Sequence record: KJ019086.1 | Reading direction: 5' to 3' (one strand) | DNA length: 64,000 nucleotides | Shown: in pieces, positions 29,501 through 35,800 of the stretch | Numbering within the stretch: position 1 is the stretch's first letter | Layout of the letters: every line of letters starts with the position of its first letter | Program-made: the position numbers and the translations under genes | The notes under the pieces: model-generated | Database searches by the model: none | What the model was told of the DNA's origin: nothing | What the model saw: only the letters and a program-made list of their open reading frames with translations

Positions 29501-32483
29501 ATCAGTTCAGTCTCCAACAACCTTCACTATCAATGTAGGTTCTCAGGCAGATATCCCACACACATATGTGAATGGTGGAACTGTAAGACCAGGTAACAAG
29601 TTTGATGTGGCAACCGCAACCTACAATACTGAAAATGGTATTGTTAGAGTTACTACCACTGAAGATAACTACTTGGTTCTTGGTAGAGGAGTTAACCTAC
29701 AGGGTCTAAACTTCTCCTGTACCTCTGGTGGTCCTAACAACAAACCTGGAACACTAACCTTCCCCGACAAAACACCAACCAATGTAACCGCCGCCACATA
29801 TGATAGTGTGACTGGTGTATTACGTATCACAACCAACAGACCTCACCAAGCATACAAGGACGCGTTTGTATCCCTAAACGGACTAACCTTCACTTGTGAT
29901 CCAGGTGGTCCTCTAGTATTCCCTAGAAACCCTGATACTAAGTCCTTCAGAGTTACTAAGAGAGTTGATGACTACACATATGAGTGTCAGTTGGCACCGA
30001 CCAATAAGGTTCATACTTATCTAAGTGGTGGTACTTCCTCCACAGGAAACGGAAACTTCAGAGTTTCTCGTCTCATTGATACAAAGACCTTCGAAGTCAC
30101 AATGGTTCCTCTAGATCTACCACATACCTATGTAAATGGTGGTTCCGCCGCTAGTGTATTCACTAGACAGATCATTGATGGAATCAACATCAACACTAGG
30201 AAGTGTGCTAGAGACGTTAGACGTATCTACCTCGCAGTGGCACACGATATCACTCGTGGTGGTAACTGGAAGTGTGTTGAAGGAGCGAAACTCTACTACG
30301 ATAACGTGGGTCAAACCAAGTTTATCTCTGGTGGTGAAGTAAATCAAACCGTTGAGGCACTTGACTTCTCCCTAAACATTGTTAGATGTTTAATCAACAA
30401 CGTAACATGGGGTGGAGTTCCAAGAGGATATCTCACTAAGGGTGAGAGAAGTGAACTAAGAATTCCATCTTCAGCTAAGACTTCAGTGGTTGGTTTCAGA
30501 CAACAACTACTTTCCAACCAATACACTACTCAGAAGAAGAGTATTTCTGGTATGGTATACGATAACCTTACGGGTATCGCAACCGTCACCACTAAACTCT
30601 CACATGAACTCATCAAGTATGATGGTATTCAACTCTCAGATATTGAGATGAGATGTACTGGTAGTCCAAGGATTACCACCAATGTATTCCCTGATGGAAC
30701 ACAAGGTGAGATCTTTGAGGTTATGGAAACTCTAGATGATAGAGTAGCATACATCGTAACTGACGCGTCATACACCAACACCACTGGTAAGTTGGTAGTA
30801 ACAACAACAGGAAACAATGATATTCCTGTTGGATCAAGAGCAAAACTAGATGGTTTACTCTGGACTTGTTCATACGATCCTTCAAAACAACTTAAGTTCC
30901 CAGAGAACAGGAAGTTCCGTTATGAGGTTATCGCAAAACCAGATGGTACAACACTAGAGTTCAATGTTGGTATCTCTACGATTCCACACACATTTGTTCC
31001 AGCTCCTATAGATGTTGAATACACAGTCAAGGAGGATCCAGTTAAGTTTAAGGTTCATGTTGGTACAGTTTCCTTCCCACACACCTACTTCGGTGGTGGA
31101 ACAGTATGGCACAAACTACCATTCACTCCACCTTTCACCCAAACACAGATCAAGGACGTATCACAACAGAAAGATCCAGTCCAGTTCTCTAACAATACTC
31201 CTAACGGATGTGCTAATGTATTCTCCGCTATCAGTAATTGTATTGGTGTTGTTACTAGTATCGTAGCAAATGGATTAGAAGGATCAGGTATCTCCACAAC
31301 TTATCCAGGTAATGATGGTAAAGGTGTTCCAACTATGGATGAGATGCCTTCACAGGGTGTTGGTAACATTATCAAAGGTCCATACATCAGAAACTGTACG
31401 AACTTCGTTCCCAAGTCTATTGGTATGAGAATGGATGGTTTCGACGCGGAACCTGGTGATGAAATCTCCAATGGTGTTCAAGGTTCATCTAACGTTGACT
31501 CCTTCACCCAGTTCAACCCTGGTGGTGTTGGTTGTTCCATCTCTAACGGAACCTACCAACAGTTGGTTTCTATCTTCACTATCTGTTGTGACGAAGCAAT
31601 CGTATGTGACTCTGGAGCACAACTCGACCTCACTAACTCCAACTCTTCCTTCGGTAGATTGGGTCTAGTCGCAAGAGGTATTGGTGACAAACTCTCCAAG
31701 TGTATCGACAGATATACTGGTATCGTCGCCAAAGAGGCATCAATCGAAGATGACCTAGTTGTTGTGAAGGGTATTGGTGATAAGAGACCCTACGATGGTC
31801 AGGGTATTTTCTTCGGAGAACTCTTCAGGGATGTGGTTAGTATCGAAGTTCTGGACGGTGGTTCAGGTTACAACGATGATATTCCACCTAACGCGTTTGT
31901 CGCAGAACCTACTGGTCCCGCTGGTATTAAGGCGGAAGTTTCACCAACAGTCAGAGATGGTGTTGTTGTTTCTATCGAGGTTATCGCAAATGGTAACCAA
32001 TACAGAGAGAAATTCCCTGAGGTTGTAATATCACCTCCTAAGAGTCCTCTTGGTAGAACCGCAAAAGCAAGGGCAATTACCGAACCTCTCTACTATAATG
32101 TAGAAAGTTCTTCCCCACCTGAAGAGGGTACAACTAGTATCATCTTCAAACAGCGTCTAAATAATACCGTATCGGTAGGCACAACTGTATTCTTCTCTAG
32201 ATTAAGTCTACAGATTGCCTCCTCTCACTCCTTCGAATACATTGGTGCTGGTAACAGCATTAACGGAGCAAGACCTTCTGAAGGTGGAGTTCCAATTAAG
32301 GAAAATGAGATCGTGAAGGAAGACGGTGGTTCAATTGTCTATACCTCCACTGACCAGGCAGGTAACTTTAACATTGGTGACGATTTCGTTATCAACCAGT
32401 TCACTGGTACTATCACTGGTAGATCGTTCGATCAATCAGTCCTAAATAAAGTTACTCCACTCATCATCGCCCTAGACAGTTAA
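20580..32483 (+). CDS. giant virion structural protein (3967 aa): fibre-type N-terminus, split beta-helix, helical modules and 31 nested beta-domains
   Basis: TKIKFKRSGVAGRRP...GELGINYNDGKLF start; IFVSTKGND beta-helix cap; recurring Y(D/N)xxTG...HxL..GD.V.L..L.F.C and GITTxxFPDGT...VNVG.S.I.H.YVSGG half-modules; late promoter. Confidence 0.9.
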   Translation: MISTATKIKFKRSGVAGRRPSLADLQLGELGINYNDGKLFFRQENEVVGSRIIEPGQGDVIGKTIFVSTKGNDNNSGLNERDAKRTVKAAAAVAEPGDSIKLYPGQYIEDNPIVFKDRVSVEGMELRNVLVTPANPSKDLYQVGEAFHATNHSFVSNRDSTDGASIITYRPLEGTASDRYFDAARLIRDNLSFIANETVGFLTSGYSGFAAGQRSQDAARALELNKNFIVEEAFQYINSPDYTGATYFNPDPAQCKRDLGNIIDGWRYDLISDGNTRSTGLGLTYYAPIPFVNSANVADLVYNRNNGDVLIETDVDTQVSVGEKIKLQDIRLECGSYNNDFFITGFKYDNTSGIGTVNLPFIHNVKVGDLVKFDGLEFDCPAYGAIEYGIQDFKYNETTGGSVVTLTRDHDLKIGDTIELRDLQFDCPAYGGDFTNIINLEYNKTSGQGVITYDKPADLKSGDVVILYDLTLTCDAYGNAISVTDFSYDNFTGITEVEVNRPHNLRPGDLIKLENLKFSCDSYLNETYKVSNFVYNESTGDSVLTLTEPHSLVAGKNVRLADLVFSCNSYVPTAKAISDFQYDEVVGISTITLASPHNLSVGEQFRLEDLVFSCNSYSFTDIPIIDAPYDNVTGYVTLSFSGDHGQQVGERVRLRDIEYSCPGGSGITTTLFPDGTFGYEFEILSVPNTKKMILNVGTSTIEHSYVSGGTATVGITTTIFPDGTQGFDFNVSSVNSSTVIEASVGISTIAHNYVSGGSLFVGFTTTVFPDGTQGDTFRVNSIPSSTQISVNVGVSSIAHTFVSGGTATDLDSFIPVSGFTYNEGDGTGLVSLDKAHNLVVGDSFVLEDLKFNCNSYRTGGTSTIDITNFEYDKVTGLSTVTLSSSHNLHVNDTVALYDIKFSCPGGSGITTNIFPDGTRDNFYDVVADLNPNQIIVRVGKSDITHTYASGGSLSVGITTNIFPDGTRPSGDFFQVISVPSTKSVLTQVGLSSIAHSYASGGKFYTGITTNVFPQVFTDPNIKVTNAVYDEVSGVITITTNKAHGLTATAPVLLQDLNFSCLSGGVGNTPGNLVFPRNQEVYDVVSVLSTTQYTINVGPSDFAHAYVDGGTSTTQNITKASYNKGTGDLTVTLDKQHGYSVGDRASVVDLLFSCQSGGPNNQPGTLLFPRPTDEYEVLSASGKTLTVNVGAFPSLVHTYKNGGSLTYSSTVLPVSNAVYDQSTGVLTLTTSIALGAPVGSTIKMQGLNFSCASGGPGNDAGAIVFPRLDTPTFKVKEVKSGVSYVINVGTSTLSHTYTSGGFSSLKKLKNDPNIFKVIDTPTPSKVITNVGVSSIAHDYVSGGNMFVGITTNVFPDGTRPDGSRFEVISALSPNQALINIGVSTITHNYDSGGRMQYGTTNERPVLDFLYDGQTGISTVTIRGTHGLSQGDLVKLKGLEFSCTNSPGITTTIFPDGTAAGLNIYKVTEIISNSTFKTNVGRVGFDHTYIQGGSAFVGITTNIFPDGTQGYNYTVAAIPNKNQVTVDVGISSIQHDYIRGGSLFSGKTNERDIADFKYDHISGDAVLTFRKAQNLFTQDLVKLKNLQFDCPNSTGITTTLFPDGTRSNLFLIKERLNPTQFKLNVGTSPFGHDYVRGTGQAFVGITTNIFPDTKTQPSKLFKVVDVPTPTTISAKIGVSTISHSYVKGGKVFVGINTDIFPGDEQVSPLGDTYTVQSITKDGELVINVGLSSISHSYGGGGKVLYGQSSGNNLQHITGPGVLDATIAAVDFEKQVAINALNNRPWGSFVPEETAVVEAFAYDNQTGFGTVTARGINVNTGDTIRMSDIQFVCSEEYAGVTTTFFPDNTRPEGQYFRVERRINIDEFEVNIGVSTIKHVFNYETGGNVYRYRQSILDVNYDRSSGITSIRATKHGYKAKDIVELGDIEFDCPVFKPQYDIENFVYDNTTGLSTVTTTVDNTIKVGDNVKLADIKLECPPYGNQRVIDNFVYDNKSGLSTISLTAAHGLNLRPRPSVSISTALYDNQTGILTVTTNADINFTDRSGQGVQLSGLRFSCDSAGFPGTLTYPEENLVYDILEIQSPSKFKINVGLSTIAHEYVNGGAATKVDRFDVKLQGIKFDCPAYGNTIDVTNFLYDQRSGNSLVTVDKAHKLSVGDNIKLADLKFQCAPYGNDYNVLNADYDNTTGIITVTTNQNINGVGVGDTIRLSRLQFDCVGSGPEYNITNVFFNTGNRSVILTVPERPIGLNPGDDIKLTNMSYLEGGSGNVVAYPDGRDSSLNIFRINDVQPNSILPGYFDVTTAFPNVKDPFAIFNNTGRLTTGITTNIYPENVGAEGGFYEVIRLRQDNQFEIQVGTSTITHNYVRQGQMFTGVTTNFFPGNLQNSPRGNIFEIVEVPTATQVRINVGVSSISHSYDSGGQMFVGITTNIFPDGTRGNLFPVVGVANTLTLRIDAGVSSIPHNYVSGGELFVGITTNIFPGNSQNSPRGSIFKVLSKDNECGADRFTINVGVSSITHGYVEGGTVTTGVTTNKFPDGTHGFKFPVIDVLDDNYFTVNVGTSTITHNYISGGFTRRLEVPINSFVYDRVSGLSTVGIQSHRMNIGDLVKLRDVKFNCDPYGGEKTISGVVYDNTSGRMTVNTTGSHSLNINDVVKLSNIQLDCSPYGNERTITAATYNRNNGNLSVQVSEPHNLKISENVKLKGLEFSCSSEHAGVTTTIFPDSTAPSLNIYAIQSITNSTTFMVNVGTSTISHNYVSGGSAFVGITTNIFPGDSQNSPRGSFLSVVDIPASDAFVVNVGVSTISHGYVRGGLVQTGITTDVFPDGTQSDFFKIEDVPSNNTVVINAGISSIIHRYNSGGFAAKYVTYQSNNSQLLDSSVIRVSGDCMAVGERVEELAGIVTSIIKNGPSIAPGGIPVDVVSASYDQSGGALSVTVKDAIDLTPTNIVRIEGLIFECESSGVTNTRVYPDNKVFNYEVLSVQSPTTFTINVGSQADIPHTYVNGGTVRPGNKFDVATATYNTENGIVRVTTTEDNYLVLGRGVNLQGLNFSCTSGGPNNKPGTLTFPDKTPTNVTAATYDSVTGVLRITTNRPHQAYKDAFVSLNGLTFTCDPGGPLVFPRNPDTKSFRVTKRVDDYTYECQLAPTNKVHTYLSGGTSSTGNGNFRVSRLIDTKTFEVTMVPLDLPHTYVNGGSAASVFTRQIIDGININTRKCARDVRRIYLAVAHDITRGGNWKCVEGAKLYYDNVGQTKFISGGEVNQTVEALDFSLNIVRCLINNVTWGGVPRGYLTKGERSELRIPSSAKTSVVGFRQQLLSNQYTTQKKSISGMVYDNLTGIATVTTKLSHELIKYDGIQLSDIEMRCTGSPRITTNVFPDGTQGEIFEVMETLDDRVAYIVTDASYTNTTGKLVVTTTGNNDIPVGSRAKLDGLLWTCSYDPSKQLKFPENRKFRYEVIAKPDGTTLEFNVGISTIPHTFVPAPIDVEYTVKEDPVKFKVHVGTVSFPHTYFGGGTVWHKLPFTPPFTQTQIKDVSQQKDPVQFSNNTPNGCANVFSAISNCIGVVTSIVANGLEGSGISTTYPGNDGKGVPTMDEMPSQGVGNIIKGPYIRNCTNFVPKSIGMRMDGFDAEPGDEISNGVQGSSNVDSFTQFNPGGVGCSISNGTYQQLVSIFTICCDEAIVCDSGAQLDLTNSNSSFGRLGLVARGIGDKLSKCIDRYTGIVAKEASIEDDLVVVKGIGDKRPYDGQGIFFGELFRDVVSIEVLDGGSGYNDDIPPNAFVAEPTGPAGIKAEVSPTVRDGVVVSIEVIANGNQYREKFPEVVISPPKSPLGRTAKARAITEPLYYNVESSSPPEEGTTSIIFKQRLNNTVSVGTTVFFSRLSLQIASSHSFEYIGAGNSINGARPSEGGVPIKENEIVKEDGGSIVYTSTDQAGNFNIGDDFVINQFTGTITGRSFDQSVLNKVTPLIIALDS

Positions 32484-32487
32484 GATC

Positions 32488-32838
32488 ATGGCAGCAGTTG
32501 CTTTAAATACGTTCAAAACGGTCAGGCATTTAGTTTCTGATTCCAATGTGGGGATTTATACATCCCCCATTGGTGTTGCCTCTATTGTCCTATACGCTCA
32601 GGCGACACACGTTGCGAACGATGAAAGTGTATATTTCATTAACTTTTCACATGCTCGTCCCGACGAGGATCCTGTGCAGTTTGAAATCATTAAGGATGGT
32701 CCAGTTATCCCTAATGACGCACTAAACCTATTAACAGGTAGATTAGTTCTCGAAACTGGAGACGAACTTAGAGTATCAGGAAATACGACCGGAGATGTGA
32801 AGGTTGTTGTTTCTATTCTAGAGACTGCAAAGTCTTAA
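32488..32838 (+). CDS. small beta-sandwich structural protein (116 aa)
   Basis: Directly after the giant gene; KLV/RLVLETGDELRV-type pattern. Confidence 0.65.
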   Translation: MAAVALNTFKTVRHLVSDSNVGIYTSPIGVASIVLYAQATHVANDESVYFINFSHARPDEDPVQFEIIKDGPVIPNDALNLLTGRLVLETGDELRVSGNTTGDVKVVVSILETAKS

Positions 32839-32870
32839 TAGCATAACACACACACCCAAAGCGTAGACCA

Positions 32871-35800
32871 ATGCCTCTAAATTATCTTACCGGAAGAGTA
32901 AGTAGATTACAAGTTGGATTTCCAGGGTTTTCAACAGCAAAGGACCTTACAGTTGATGTAGCAGGTGCCATTGGTATTGATACCCAAAACCCAAGAGCAG
33001 CTGCCGACTTCCCAGATGTCAGTATCCGTGGTGATATTGTTGACTCTGTTGGATTTACCGGTGGTATTGGGTATTTTCTAGCGCAAGATGTTCAGGGTGT
33101 TCGGTGGGTAGAGGCTCCACCTATCAACTCTAACGCTATCTTAGTGTTAGACAATGGAGTTATCGTTGGTGCTGGATCATTCATTGGTCTAAACTTTGAC
33201 TCTGGTAAGGATGAGGACTTCCTCTCGGTTGTTCCTGACCCACTAAACCCACAGATTGCAAAGATTGCATATGATGTTCGTTGGGTAAGATATAATTACG
33301 GTAATAATAAAGGTATCTCCACAGGTTTTGGAGATAATGGTGACTACTCCTCTATCCCTGGTTATGGAACCACAGAGGCAGTTGGTGTTACCTCAGTTGG
33401 TATTGGTACTAACCAACCACTAGATGACTTCCAAGTTGGTATTGGATCTACTGGTGTTACTATCAACGGACCTCTAGGTCTAGTTGATGCAGAAATTATT
33501 AAAGCAAAATCAATCTCGGTTGAAGGAAACCTAGAGGTTGAATCACTTATTGTTAGACCTGGTGTTGCCACTCTAACCACTCTAGATGTATTGAACGAGG
33601 CGTTCATACCAGTAGAGTATGTTGGTTTCTCCAGCATTCAAGATGCAAATATTGATGCTCTCTTTGCTAATCAGTTACTAGCAGGTATTACTACCCTAGG
33701 TTTCGGTGGTGAAGATGTATTCATCCTCAACGACTTATATGTTCAGGGTGGTTTAGGTACCTTCGATGGCGACGTATTCGTTGGTGGAGACCTAACTGTT
33801 AAGGGTGAGACGTTCTTCAACCAGATTAACGCAGTCAACTTATCAGTATCTGGTATTGCCACTATCGTCCAAGCGGAGATAGCTGTTGGTTTAGTTACCG
33901 ATCTAAAAGTATCTGGTTTCTCTACACTATCAGATTTCTCATTCAACATTGGTGTTGGTACATACCTAGAACTAGAAGATCTAGATGTATCTGGTGTTGG
34001 TAGTTTTGGTGTTGTCAACTCTGGTGATATTAATGTTAGTGGTGGTTTAACCGCTAGTGAGATTGATGCAGATAAGGGATACATTGGTATTCTCACAGCA
34101 GACTCTATTGTATCTGGTGCAGGTACTATTGGTTCTATCGAGTCTGATGGGAACCTAACAACACTTAATGATATTATTGTTGGTGGTGCTTCAACCTTCG
34201 TTGGTTTGGGTACTTTCCAAGACGATCTCTTTGTTGGTGGTGACCTCTTTGTTAGAGGTGATGTTACCTTTAAGAATATTAATGGTGAACAACTACTAAT
34301 CAGTGGTATTGGTACCATCAAGGAACTAGTCTTTGATAGTGGTATTGGAACCTCACTAGAAGTGAGAGATCAGATTACGACTGGTATATCTACGATCAAT
34401 GAAGCAGATATTCAAGATGCCGCTGTTGAGAGACTCACTGTTGGTGATGCAGAGATCATCGGTATCGCAACTATTACCGAGATTGATGTAGATAGAGGTA
34501 GAGTTGGTATCCTAACTGGTACAGACCTCTCCTATGCTGGTATCGGTACTATCACGGAGATTGATGTTGACCAGGGTAGAGTTGGTCTAGTCACTGGTGA
34601 CACACTACTATACTACGAACAGTCTAGGATCAATAGAGTTACCTTCTTTGATAACTACCTATCAGTTAATCAGAGTCTAAGAGTTTCTGGTCTCTCCACC
34701 TTTGTTGGAACAGGTACATTCTTTAATGACCTCTATGTTGGTGGTGACCTATATGTTGCTGGTGAACTAAACTTCAAACAACTCAATGGTGAGAACCTAT
34801 ACCTAACTGGTGTTGGTACCATCTATGATTTACGTAACACTGTTGGCTTCATTACTAACCTCTACGTAGAAGAGTCTGTAACTGGTTTAGCAACCATCAG
34901 TAGTCTAGTTGGTTCTTCCGCCACTATCACAGACTTCACTGGTGAGTCACTACTCATCCAGAATCCATTCAACCCAATGCCTCTGGACCCAACTGGGATC
35001 CCAGGACAGGGTGTTATTGATAGTCTCCTAGTTAGAAACCTAACTTCCTCTAACAACATTCTAGCCAATGACATTGATGCCAACTTCGTTGACACCGATG
35101 ATCTAAAGGCTGGTGTTGGTACTATCACTGACCTAGAGTGGACTACCGCTGTTGGTGATGACACTACTACCAATACTCTACAGGTTACTGATACAGCAAC
35201 CATTAACATCATCGATGCCAACCAGATCGATGCCGAAGATGCTAATATTGGAGTTGCCACCCTCTCTAGTCTCCTAGTAACTGGTGTCACTACCTTCAAG
35301 GGTCAGGTTGATATTGAGGATATTGAGTTCGTTGACCAGAGTGTCACCGGTATTTCCTCCATCAACATTCTCAAGTTTAATGTTGGTTATGGAACTTACC
35401 TAGAGGTCACTGACTCAGTAACTGGTGTTGGAACTATTGGTCTTGCCAGTATCACAACCGCTCAGGTATCCTTCCTAGATGTAAGAGATGAGGTAGTTGG
35501 AGCATCCACTATTGGTGTTCTATCAGTAACTGAAGGATTTGCAGTATCTGGTTTCTCCACCTTTGTTGGTTTCACTACCTATAAAGGAGATGTATTTGTT
35601 GATGGTAACTTAACTGTTACTGGTTTCGTTAGTTTCACACAACTAAACGCTGATCAATCACAGATTGGTATCCTAACTGTATTCGATGCGTTAGACGCTA
35701 GAACGGGTGTTGGTACATTCAAACACCTAGAGACAGTAGATAGTGCAGTTCTATCAGGTGTATCTACCATTGGACTCACAACCTTCAAGAATGGTGATGT

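Noticed and set aside
21455-31115. Resemblance of the repeat to the ubiquitin E1 FCCH domain implying a ubiquitin-like system
   Set aside because: Only a small beta-fold similarity that is common in phage structural proteins; no E1 adenylation domain, E2 or ubiquitin-like gene is present.
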